A stretch of 41,352 nucleotides of DNA, taken from contig JAGIQG010000307.1 in NCBI GenBank assembly GCA_024679065.1, forward strand, positions 1 to 41,352, given 5' to 3'. The DNA comes from Sphyrna mokarran (taxonomy: Eukaryota). A model generated the notes under the pieces. That model had not been told where the DNA came from. It ran no database searches and saw nothing but the letters and a program-made list of their open reading frames with translations. The position numbers and the translations under genes were made by a program. Of this stretch, positions 10,012 through 21,175 are shown one piece after another. How positions within the stretch are numbered: position 1 is the first letter of the stretch; each line of letters begins with the position of its first letter.

Positions 10012-10735
10012 GGAGTGTAACGATGGTTTACCAGACTGATTTCGGGAATAGAAGGACTGATGTTTGACGAGAGATTGAAGAGGTTATCATTGTTTTCGCT
10101 CGTGTTCAGACAAATGAGAGGGATTTCACAGACATAAAATTCTAACAGGACTAGATAGGTTAGAAGCAGGAAGGATGTTCCCGATGCTGGGGCAGTCCAG
10201 AAACAGCAATCACAGATTGGGTGATGGGACAGGACCAGTTATTGTGGATTTGGGTAGAGCAGGAAACATACCAAGCGTATTGAATTTGGAAGAACGTCCT
10301 TGCTCTGGAGGAAATGCATTGAAGATTTATCAGGCTCATTCCGGGAATGGCGGGACTGATGTATAACGAGAGGTTGACTAGGTCAGGATTGTTTTCAGTG
10401 GAGTCCAGACAAATGAGGGGATTTCACAGGCTTATGAAATTCTAACACGACTAGACATGGCAGATGCAGGGAGGATGTTGCTGATGCTAGGGGGAGTCCG
10501 GAACGAGGAGCCACAGTCTGAGATTTTAGGTAGACCATCCAGAACAAAGGTGACTAGACATTTCATCATCCAAAACGTGGTGAACCTATGAGATTCATTA
10601 CCACAGGATGTAGTTGACGCCAAAAAATTGAATGTATTTGAGAAGTGGCTAGACATACACTTGGGGGCGAAGGTAATGGGGAGAAGTCAGGATTAGGCTT
10701 TTGGGCTGGACGATCAGCTGTGATCGTAATATGTG
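10012..10735 (+). mobile_element. Old diverged CR1 3' fragments, tandemly duplicated
   Basis: Two related copies of TTTACCAGACTGATT...GAGAGATTG...TAAAATTCTAACAGGACTAGA. Confidence 0.6.
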
Positions 10736-10737
10736 AA

Positions 10738-11047
10738 AACAGCCAGTATAATCAAGGACCCCACGCATCTCTTTTCCACCTCCTTCCTTCGGGGTAAAAA
10801 AATACATCAGTCTAAGGTCACGTGCCAATCGACCCAAGAACAGCTTCTTCCCTGCTACCGTCAGAGTTGACCTGCCTCATATTAAGATGATCTTTCTCTA
10901 CACGTGAGCTATCACTATAATATTATAATCTGCACCCTCGCCATTCCTGTTCCATACACGACACTCTTTGTCACTATTGGACAAGAAGCAGTACTTTTCA
11001 ATACATACTAATATATATGAGGCAAGAATAAACCAAATCAAATCAAA
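10738..11047 (+). mobile_element. Rex1-like LINE 3' end
   Basis: ATAATCAAGGACCCC...AAGAACAGCTTCTTCCCTGCT...AATAAACCAAATCAAATCAAA tail. Confidence 0.65.
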
Positions 11048-11307
11048 ACGTTTCTCCACACAATGAGGGTCGGCTTTCTGGTCACTAAAAAGCTATACAG
11101 AGCCATTATACCTTTGGGACTCTCCAAAGTGAGACGGATAGATTTATGTTAGTGAATGGATTAAGGATTATTCAATGTATGTGTGTGTGTGAGTTGAGCT
11201 ACTCGTCAACCATAAACCCATTGAGTAGAGTGGTGGCGGGGAAGAGGGAAGGAGGTGGGGAACTCAATGGTATGGATTGTATTAACAGACCTTTTTTTCA
11301 TCCACAG

Positions 11308-11352
11308 ACACTTTATGCTCGCCTGGCCTTTAACGAGGATCCAAAACTCTAA
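11308..11352 (+). CDS. Exon: terminal cytoplasmic exon with ITSM/ITIM-like motif
   Basis: Acceptor ctttttttcatccacag|ACA (phase 0, matching the previous donor). Encodes TLYARLAFNEDPKL-stop. The five exons total 869 nt, plus 1 nt from the leader = 290 codons with no internal stop. Confidence 0.78.
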   Translation, partial: TLYARLAFNEDPKL

Positions 11353-12221
11353 CTCGAGAGGAAATTGGGAGAACTCAGTCTGTATTTCCTAGAAATCTAC
11401 TATTGTGGAAGCATTCTTCTTGTGCTACCGGAAGTTCTGAATGTGCAGCCAGTACAAATTCGGGCGGATTGGCGGCTCAATACTATGTTGGTCCCAAGGT
11501 GAAAAATGAACTTTCCCTTAATGTCCGCCATTCTAAGACGAAATATGGCCTGCAATGCAATTTCACCCCTTCATGCTTCTGATTTTTATATCGGCTTTTA
11601 ACATTGTATTCCGCATTTTCTACCGTTATTGTGCAAGGGACAATCCAAAATGTGCCTTTTCCCCAGTTACCTAAACAGTGAAACAGGTTTTGAATACCAA
11701 ATGTAAGCTGTGTGATTCCTGTTTCTATGGCGGTTTAGAACAAAGATGCTTCCGGTGGCCCTTCAACGAATTTACAAAAAGATTTTAGGGTGAGTGTGTG
11801 TGCGTTGGAGATGGGATTAAGGGCAGAACAGGCTTGTTAGCAACTGGTTTGGGATTTCGGCTGCATGAATCTGAAATCTCTGAAGATTAAATGTGTCCCG
11901 AGCCTTAGCTGGATGCAGCCTAGTGTTGGACATTTAATTGAACATTGTTACTTAATCCTGAAAGACCATTTCTGCAATCCATATTCCCGTATAATAACAC
12001 GGGGAAGTGGATTTTATAGACTCGAAGCTTATTTCTGTCGTCATTTCCAGCCCAGAAAGAGGCCATTCTGCCCGTCAAGCCAGTGTCATTTGTTTTAACT
12101 GGTAATTTAGTCTAAAGTCTCGGCTTTTTCCCAATGCCCTTGAGAATTTTCCTCTTTTACCAAACCACCGTTTTAAAGGTGTATTTTTTCCCCTTAATTC
12201 TCAGTAAATTTTCGCACCTTG

Positions 12222-12580
12222 ATGCGGCGGTCTAGTGGCATTATCACGAGACTCATAATTCAGCATGTTAGCTAATGTGGATTGGGCTTTGTATCCCACC
12301 ACGGCAGATTGTTAAATTTGGATTATTATTATTGTATTGTTTTAAATCTCTGTCATTAATAATCTACTGTTGACCCTTGTCGACTGTCGTAAAATAATAT
12401 CTGGTTCACTAATATTCACCAGAGAAAGAAAAATGCCTCCTTAACCGGTCTGGCTGACAAGTGAATTCCGAGCCACTGCAGTGTGATTAATTATTAACTG
12501 CCCTCCAATAGCAACTCGGAATGGGCAAAAAATACTGTCCAACCAGCGATGCCCATGTTCCACGAATGAATAAATAAAAT
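12222..12580 (+). mobile_element. Degenerate SINE-like repeat in the putative 3'UTR
   Basis: tRNA-like head GGTCTAGTGGCATTATCAC, body CTGGTTCACTAAT... and A-rich tail GAATGAATAAATAAAA. A partial antisense copy lies at ~15100-15175. Confidence 0.5.
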
Positions 12581-12895
12581 CCATACAGCTTGAAACGTAA
12601 CGCATTGGTTTGAACTGCAAGACGTTTGCTGGCGAAATTTGCAAACATCAATCCTTCAGTCACGTTAGAAAATTAGACAAGTGAGTAAATTTCAGATGAC
12701 TTTTTTTTAACTGAGATGATACGACTTATCCCATCATATTTTTAATGTCATAACTATTGAGAATCTGAGGTGTTGCGTGATGATTTTTGGATATATTGAT
12801 AATTGCTAGTTTCTGATGTAATGTAGAACATTGGACAATTTGTGATACCAATGTGTCGATGTACGTTCAAATTAACACTGCTTTACATTTGTCAA

Positions 12896-12901
12896 AATAA
12901 A
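12896..12901 (+). promoter_or_regulatory. Candidate polyadenylation signal of the VJ-C1 gene
   Basis: AATAAA ending an AT-rich, mostly non-repeat stretch about 1.5 kb after the stop codon. Alternatives: ATTAAA at 11886 and AATAAA in the SINE tail near 12570. Confidence 0.3.
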
Positions 12902-12974
12902 CCATTTTGCACAGAGATTGTAAATTGTTTTGGAGCCATTTGCTATACTACACATAATAATACTACACATAATA

Positions 12975-13520
12975 CTACACATAATGCAGAAGAGGCCCTT
13001 CGGCCCATCGAGTCTGCTCCCATGACCTGAACGCCCAATAATCCCAACTACCAGCAATTGGCCCATAGCCTTGAATGAAATGACGTGCCAAGTGCTTATG
13101 CAGATACCTCTCAAAGGATGTGAGGCAACCCAGGCCTACCACCCCCATCCCTAGACAACGCATTCCAGGCCATCGCCAAGCTCTGAGTAAAATATTTTCC
13201 TCATATCCCCCCGAAATCTTCTGCCCCTTACCTTGAACTTATATCCCTTCGTGACTCACATTCAACTGGGGGGAATTGCCGCTTCTTATCCACCCTGTCC
13301 CTGTCCTACATAATCTTGTACACCTCAATCAGGTACCCCCCCCCCGCTCCAACGAAAATGACCTAAGCCTCCCTAGTTCTCTCCGTAACTTAAATGTTGC
13401 ACCCCAGACAGCATCCTGGTGAATCTTCTCTGCATCCCCTCCAGTGTAATCATATCTTTCCTATAATGTGAAGAGCAGAGCTGTCCACGATACTCTATCT
13501 GCGACATTACTGACGTTCTA
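12975..13520 (-). mobile_element. Old CR1 3' fragment
   Basis: Antisense [25 protein letters not shown] and GGCCGAAGGGCC 3'UTR. Confidence 0.75.
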
Positions 13521-13779
13521 CATGACACCTGCTTTTGTAGGGAAGGTAAGAGATGGGAAAACAAAATGTGTTCAAGACAGTTTATCCACCTCATGAGGTT
13601 TTCAACTTCTAATCCACCAGGACAATTTTTCTTGAGGAATGCCGCGGTTGCATTCAATTATTCCTCCAATTCGTTCAATCCAGAGAAACATTCTCAAAGT
13701 CGTTCACTTCCTGTGTGATCAGTTCCTGGCATTGGTACTAACTTTGCCTTGAAATATGTTAAGCCTCTCCATCATATGT

Positions 13780-15065
13780 CTGATGGAGAGGCTTCTGAGG
13801 GATAAGATATATGAACATTTAGAGAAGTTTCAACTGATTAGAAATAGTCAGCATGGTTTTGTCAAGGGCAGGTCATGCCTTACGAGCCGAGTTGAGTTCT
13901 TTGAAAATGTGACTGAACACATTGACGAAAGAAGGGTGGTGGACGTAGTGTACATGGACTTTAGTAAGGCGTTTGATAAGGTCTCCCATGCAAGGCTTCT
14001 GGAGAAGGTGAGAGGGCATGGGATCCAAGGGGCTTTGGCCTCGTGGATCCAGAACTGGCTTGCCAGCAGAAGGCAGAGAGTGGTCTTTTCTGCATGGAGA
14101 TCGGTAACCAGTGGAATGCCCCAAGGATCTGTTCTGGGACCCTGCTGTTTGTCATTTTCATAAATGACCTGGATGAGGAAGTGGAGGGATGGGTTAGCAA
14201 GTTCGCCGACGATATGGAAGGATGCCAAAAGTTGCAGCGGGACATAGACAGGATGCAAGACTGGGCGGAGAAGTGGCAGATGGACTTCAACCCTGATAAA
14301 TGTGTAGTTATCCATTTTGGCAGGAATAATGGGATGAAGAAGTTCAATATAAGGGGTAGGAGTCTTAGCTGTGTTGTAGAGCAGAAGGATCTCGGGGTCC
14401 GGGTCCATAGGACTCTTAAATCAGCCTCGCAGGTGGAGGAAGTGGTCAAGAAGGTGTACGGTGTACTTCATTAATCCAGGAATAGAGTTTAGGAGTCAGG
14501 AGGTAATGATGCAGCTCTATAAGAATCTTGTCAGACCCCAGTTGGAGTATTGTGCGCAGTTCTGGTCGCCTCATTATAGGAAGGATGTCGAGGCTATTGA
14601 GAGGGTTCAGAGGAGATTTACAAGGATGCTGCCTGGATTGGGAGGCAGGCCTTATGAAGATAGGTTGAGGGAGCTGGGACTCTTCTCACTGGAGAGACGT
14701 AGGTTGAGAGGCGACCTGATAGAGGTTTATAAAATGTTGAGAGGAATAGATAGGGTGGACTCTCAGAGACTATTTCCCCGAGCTGAAATGGTCACTACGA
14801 GAGGACGCAGATTTAAGGTGCAGGGAAGCAAATACAAAGGAGATGTCAGGGGTAGGTTTTTCACTCAGAGGGTGGTGAGTGAATGGAACCGACTGCCGAG
14901 GGAGGTTGTTGAGGCAAACTCACTGGGGTCTTTTAAGAGACTTTTGGATAACTATATGGAAAAGAATAGGATAGGGGGCTATAGATAGGTCTGTGGATTG
15001 GTGGATGTGATCGGTGCAACTCGTGGGCCGAAGGGCCTGTTTGTGCTGTATGCTTGTTCTATGTT
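13780..15065 (+). mobile_element. CR1 LINE subfamily B, 5'-truncated, with small deletions
   Basis: ORFs 13756-14163, 14043-14474 and 14461-14988 (QHGF, DFSKAFDKV, KFADD, YCAQFWSPHYRKD). The 3'UTR differs from subfamily A. Confidence 0.93.
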
Positions 15066-15504
15066 ACTGCTGCGGTAATCGGTAGATTTTTCATTCCAAT
15101 TTTTTTTTTATTAAATTCAAATTCCACCATCTGCTTGGATTTGAACTTGGGCCCCCAGAACATTAGTTGAGTTTTTATTTGAAAATTGGCAGAAAATAGT
15201 ATTCAGCCATCAGCTCCCCATGTGGAAGGAGTTTAATGCATAGGATAAATATCAGCCTGGAAGAGATTGACCATGTTCCAACGATTTAGAGGATAATTAT
15301 ACCATAGAAAGATAGAGAGTGAAACAGACACTGGGTGAAACAATAACTGTAATGTTCACTCTTCATTCTAATGATCCTTTTTCGGACAACTTCTGGTTGG
15401 AAACAGAAACAAATGAATTCAAAGCAACACTCGACATCAGAGTGCTGCCCCCTTGTGCCCAGGTGAATAACACAACCTGTTGATTTCAGCAACAAATCCA
15501 AAAA

Positions 15505-15800
15505 AGGGCGACAGCGTGCCACAGTGGTTAGCACTGCTGCCTCACAGAGCCAGAGACCTAGGTTTTTTTGGCTTGTGTCACTATCTGCGTAGAATCTGCA
15601 CGTTCTCCCCGCGTCTGCTTGGGTTTATCCCGGGTTCACCGGTTTCCTCCACAGTCCAAATGATGTGCAGGTTAGGTGATTTAGCCATGCTAAATTCTCC
15701 CTCAGTGTAGTCGAACAGGCGCCAGAATGTGGCGAGATGGGGATTTCCATTGCAATGTGAATGCAAGCCTATTTGTGACTAAAACAGAAACAAATAAACT
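15505..15800 (+). mobile_element. HE1-type SINE
   Basis: GCCACAGTGGTTAGCACTGCTGCCTCACAG head, GTGCAGGTTAGGTG core, A-rich end. Confidence 0.8.
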
Positions 15801-15919
15801 TTGCCTTTCCTCCACAGTTTGAATCAGTCTGAAGCGCCCAGCTAAACATAAGCTATGAGGTGTTTGTTTTTGTGGGCGAGATGTGGGTGGGTCCTGAACT
15901 GTAGACAGGAAGCAATGAC

Positions 15920-17008
15920 AATTTTTTAAAAAGTGACCAAAGAGGTGGATGGGGGTAAGGCAGTTGATGTGGTATATATGGACTTTAGTAAGGCGTTCGA
16001 TAAGGTGGCCCATGGAAGGCTTCTGCAGAAAATGCAGATGTATGGGATTGAGGGTGATTTAGCGAATTGGATTAGGAATTGGCTAGCAGATAGAAGACAG
16101 AGGGTGGTGGTTGATGGAAGTTATTCATCGTGGAGTTCAGTTACAAGTGGAGTGGTAGATAGTGAAGAGAGGTGTTATAATTTGCAGAGAGACTTGGACA
16201 AGTTGCAGAGCTGGGCCGAGAAGTGGCAAATGGAGTTTAATGTAGAAAAGTGTGAGGTAATTCACACTTTTGTGTAGAGTATAGGGCTAATGGTAGGACT
16301 CTTAATAGTGTTGAAGAACAGAGGGATCTTGGTGTATATGTGCATAGATCCCTGAAAGTTGGCAATCAAGTCGACAAGGTTGTTAAGAAGGCATACAGAA
16401 TCTTAGCTTTTATTGGAAGGGGGATTGAATTTCAGAGCCGCAACGTCATGTTGCAACTGTACAAAACTCTAGTGCGGCCGCACATGGAGTATTCCGTACA
16501 GTTCTGGTCCCCACATTATAAGAAAGATGTGGAGGCATTGGAGAGGGTACAGAGGAGGTTTACCAGAATGTTGCCTGGTATGGAGGGCAGGTCTTCTGAA
16601 GAGAGGCTGAGGGATTTGAGGTTGTTTTCGTTAGAAAGAAGGCGGCTAAGTGGAGACCTTATTGAAACATATAAGATGATTAGAGGTTTAGATAGGGTGG
16701 ACTGTGAAAGTCTTTTTCCTAGGATGGAGAAAACTAGCACGAGGGGACATAGTTTTAAATTAAGGGGTGGTAGTTATATGAAGGATGTCAGAGGTAAGTT
16801 CTTTACCCAAAGGGTGGTAAGGGTATGGAATGCCCTGCCTGCTGCAGTTGTAGATGCGCCAAGTTTAGTGGCGTTTAAGAGGTTAGTAGATAAGTTTATG
16901 GACGAAAAGGGAATGGTTTAGGTTAAAGGGTCATTTCTTTTTCCTAATTGGTCGGCGCAACATCGAAGGCCGAAGGGCCTATTCTGCGCTGTAATGTTCT
17001 ATGTTCTA
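15920..17008 (+). mobile_element. CR1-A with internal deletions
   Basis: ORFs 15933-16277 and 16340-16921. VTSG joins directly to VVDSEE, deleting the PQG...FADD segment. TTCTAT tail. Confidence 0.93.
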
Positions 17009-17294
17009 TAAAATAACTGAATTTTCCAATTCTTCACCACTGCATTTTCCTCTGCAAAACGTGCATTTCCACGAAGTTTTCTCATCCCCGGGTGCCCAGT
17101 ATGAAGTTACCCGAGAGAAAAGCTGCTGTGTGTAGAACAGCAAAAAGATACACGATCCCAGCCCATCCTCTCCTTTCTGGCCTAGGCACCTGCTTTAAAG
17201 TTTGGGTCACCCTCACTTAGACTGGTACCTTTGCATGGTCAACACCATTGAGATAGCAGGCAGTTGCTGCACTTTATAATTTGCATAACTGAAT

Positions 17295-18050
17295 TTTTTG
17301 ATTTGATTTCAGCTATTATTGTCACACGTATTGGATACAGAGAAAAGTAATGCTCCTTGCGCGTGATACAGAAAACGCCTGCTGTTCATAGAGCGCACAG
17401 GTGAGAAGGAAATGAGACAGTGCAGAATGTAGTGTCACCGTCATAGCTCGGGTATACAGGCAGATCAATTTAATGCGCTGTGGATCCTTTCAAAAGTTTG
17501 AAGGAGCAGGAAACAAGCCATTTTTCACTCCGTTAACATATAATATTAGGCATCTTCCTCCTGACAGAGAAAGGTGGAAAACGGAACATCCGGGGTGTGT
17601 GGGTCCTTAATTATGTTTGTTTTTTTTTTCCCAGCGGGAAGTGTGGACAGAATCGAAGGATGGGAGTAGTCAGGCTTTCGAAATGGGACCATGCTTCCTT
17701 CACAACACTTTGTAGTTTATTGTGGTTTTGGGCAGAGCAGGAGCAATCCCAAACTATCATACATTCGGAAAAGATGCTTTCTTTGGTGCATCTGTGAAGT
17801 TGGTAAGAGTTGTCGCTGACATGCCAAATTTTCTCCGTCTCCTGGGAAAGTAGAAGGATTAGTGTGTTTTGTTAACAATTGGCATTGGGGAACCAGGACA
17901 GTTTGTTGGTGATCTAAGCACCAGGAAATCTGAAGCTCTCGACCATTTCCTCTTCACTCCCATTTGCACAGACAGGGGCTTGTCCTCCACTATGTTTCCT
18001 CAAGTCGATGACTACATCTTTTGTTTTGTTCCCATTGAGAGAGAGATTAA
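17295..18050 (-). mobile_element. Rex1-like LINE fragment, degraded
   Basis: Homologous to 8650-9170 and extends further 5'. Confidence 0.6.
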
Positions 18051-18184
18051 GATCCCTTCTTCAGTTCACCAGACTCTTTGTCTCTTTCTCCAACGTTTAA
18101 CCTCATGCTGAAGAAGTGAATTATTTACAGCTGATCATAATGAATCAATCTCAATATTCTCCAATCAATTGAAACAAAAGCCCC

Positions 18185-18560
18185 GTGTCTAATCACCTGG
18201 ATTTAAAGTACCCAACGCACCCCAGGTATACGTCATTCTATCTACTTCCATCGGGAAAACATGTATAAAATTCTGAGATCACCTACCAACCGATTCAAGA
18301 AGTGTTTCTTTCCTGCTGAATCGTACTTGTGAAAGGACCTACCTTATAATGTTTTTTTTCTCTATATATATACACCCTAGCAATGACATCAGCACTATAT
18401 TCTGCAACTTCTCCTTTCCTTCTTCCCATATATTCTACGAACGGTATGTTTTGCCTGTAGACTGTGCAAGAAACAATACTTTTCATTCATTGCCAATACC
18501 TTGAGGCAATGTTTTAAACTCTACCCAAATACATGTGACAATAATAAATTAAATTAATTC
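18185..18560 (+). mobile_element. Rex1-like LINE 3' end
   Basis: ACCAACCGATTCAAGAAGTGTTTCTTTCCTGCTG...ACATGTGACAATAATAAATTAAATT tail. Confidence 0.6.
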
Positions 18561-19084
18561 AATGCTGGCTGTTTCAGATTAACTGAATGGTACCAATATC
18601 ACCCGATTGTTCCATATTCGTAAAGTTACCAATAAAGGAGATTTATTAACTTCAGATAAAGGCAAAATGTTAATGACAGAACTAAAATATAGAATGACAG
18701 AGACAAAATGGAGTCCATTCGGCCCTTCTTGGCAGCCTGGGCTCTTTCAAAGTGATGTAGAATGTATCCCTCTTTCTTGTTTTTTTGCTAATATCCCAAC
18801 AACTTCCATCAAGTAATTACTTAATTTCCTCGTGAGTGTATCAATTTAATCGGCATCCCTAATCAAAACTCATCGTGTTGTTAAAAAAAAACCTTCATCT
18901 TCACGGTTCCATTTCTTTTTTCACCAAATATCTGGACCCTCTGGTCTCCAAACCGTGTGTCGTTGGAAAGATTTTCTCCTCACTTTTGCCATGGACGCTA
19001 TAATGGGGAGTTCTATTCTGGTTGGCAAATTATCTTATAGGTTATAGAAACTAATAGAGGTTTGATAAACTCGATTTGTTCTCA

Positions 19085-19475
19085 CTGGGTTGACAGACAT
19101 TGAGAGCGACCTGATAGAGGTCTACAAAATTATTAGTAGCATGAATAGAGTGGATAGTCAGATGTTATTTCCTCGGGTAGAAAAGTCACAATTAGGGGTT
19201 TTAGTGTTAACGTGGAGAAAAGGTTACAGGGGATATGCAATGCAAGAATGTTACACAGAGGTGATGAAAATGGAACACGATGCCTGGAGAGGTGGTCGGA
19301 GCAGATACTTTAGCGACATCTAAGGGACAACTAGATGCATACATGAATAGGATCGATTTGGAAGGTTACGGATTCAAAAACTGCATACAGTTTTTCTCTA
19401 GTCGGGCACTATAGTGGGCGAAGGCCTGGAGTGCCGAAGGCCTGTTCCTATGCTACACCTTTCTTTGTGCTATGT
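19085..19475 (+). mobile_element. Old CR1 3' fragment
   Basis: DLIEVYKII..MNRVDSQMLFPRVE and GCCGAAGGCCTGTT 3'UTR. Confidence 0.7.
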
Positions 19476-20374
19476 AACTCTGATTAGTAAATCTCGCAAA
19501 GGTAACTGAAAGTCAGTATTACAAGCATAATTTTCAAAACTAGTCTTGTTATAGACACAGAAAAAGTTCAAAGAACTGAAAACATACAATAGACTACTCT
19601 GGTAATTCGGCTGAAGGGGGATTCAATGGCGCGACAACACCTTGAGTTTCCTCAGCTGATGTCCACTTTTGCGCCAGAAATTTGACAATTTTAGAATTTA
19701 GCTAAGATGCTATCACGCAATTAACTTAACATGATCTCATCTAATATTTTTTGTGTCGTCTATTCATGGCAACTCCATAATCTGAATTATAACTTGACAC
19801 TTAAAATATTGATCTGTCACTTGTTCTTTAAACTAACAGAAGTTCACTCCTTAAACAAAATGGCATCCTGTTTGCTTAGCAATACATAACAATAATTTCA
19901 ATTGGTTTTGTGAGGAAGCCAAAACTAGTCAATCTGCTGGAGAAGGGCTTGGTCATCTGGCAGAATTCCCAGGTTGGACCCCCTGTACCCAATCCAAAGT
20001 TACATTATTTGCCTCTTTAATCAACGCACAATGCCATAATCATCCCAAAGTTTAAGTTACGTAGAACATAGAACAGTACAACAAGTCCTTCAGCCCTTCG
20101 ATGTTGTGTCGACCTATGTCCAAACCCAAGATCAAGCTATCCGCCCGCCTATCACTCTGGTTATATTTGTAGCAGAGTTTTATGTTTTAGCTGACTTACT
20201 CACACAATCAAGTCCTTGAGTTATGAAATTTAACGCTAGCAGTTTATTAGCCATTCGTTTTGAAAATATCATTACTGCATTATTTAATACCCATTTCATT
20301 CTAAAGCCTTCTAATATGATACAATATGCTTGCGCATCACAATGTAATAACAGTGAGATTTTGATTTGTTTTGG

Positions 20375-21175
20375 GTTGCATTATATTGAGATGTGGAATC
20401 ATGCTGTGCTTTATTAGATTGAAATGTGGAATAATGTTGAGTTATATTAAATTCAGATGTAGAACCATACTGGGTTTCATCAGACTGAGATGTGGAATCT
20501 TATTCTGCTGCATGAGGTTGTGATGTGAAATCATGCTGAGTTTTATCAGATTGAGATTTGGAGTTATATTGTGTTCTATTGTATTGTGATGTTGAGTCAT
20601 ATTGCGCACTTGTTTGAGATTGAGATGTGGAATCATGCTGAGTTTTATTAGATTGAGATGTGGAATCATATTTTGTCACATTAGAGTGATATATTGAACA
20701 GCCTTGTGCGTATTAAATTGAAATGTGGAATCATATTGTGTTGAATTAGATTGAGATGTCAAATCACGTTGAGTTGCGTTATATTGAAATGAGGAATCGC
20801 TTTCCTTTGTGTTAGATTGAGATGTGGAATTAGATTGTGTTATTGTAGATTGAGATGTGGAATTATAACGTGTTATATTAGATTGAGATGCGGAAACATA
20901 TTGAGTTGCATTGGATTGAGATGCGGAATTGCATTGTGTTGTCTTCGAATGAGATGTAGAATCATGTTACGTTGTATTAGATTGAGTTGCAGAATCATAA
21001 TATGTTAGACTGAGATGCGGAATCACAGTGAGTTGCATTACATTGAGTTGTGGAATCGTATTGTGTTAGATTGAGATGTGCAACATATTGAGTTGCATGA
21101 GATTGAGATGTGGAATCATATTGTGTTATTTTAGATTGAGATGTGTAAATATATTGTGTCGTGTTAAACTGAGAT
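20375..21175. repeat. 33-bp tandem minisatellite, left part
   Basis: Consensus ATTAGATTGAGATGTGGAATCATATTGTGTTGT. Spurious ORFs show 11-aa periodicity. Confidence 0.9.
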
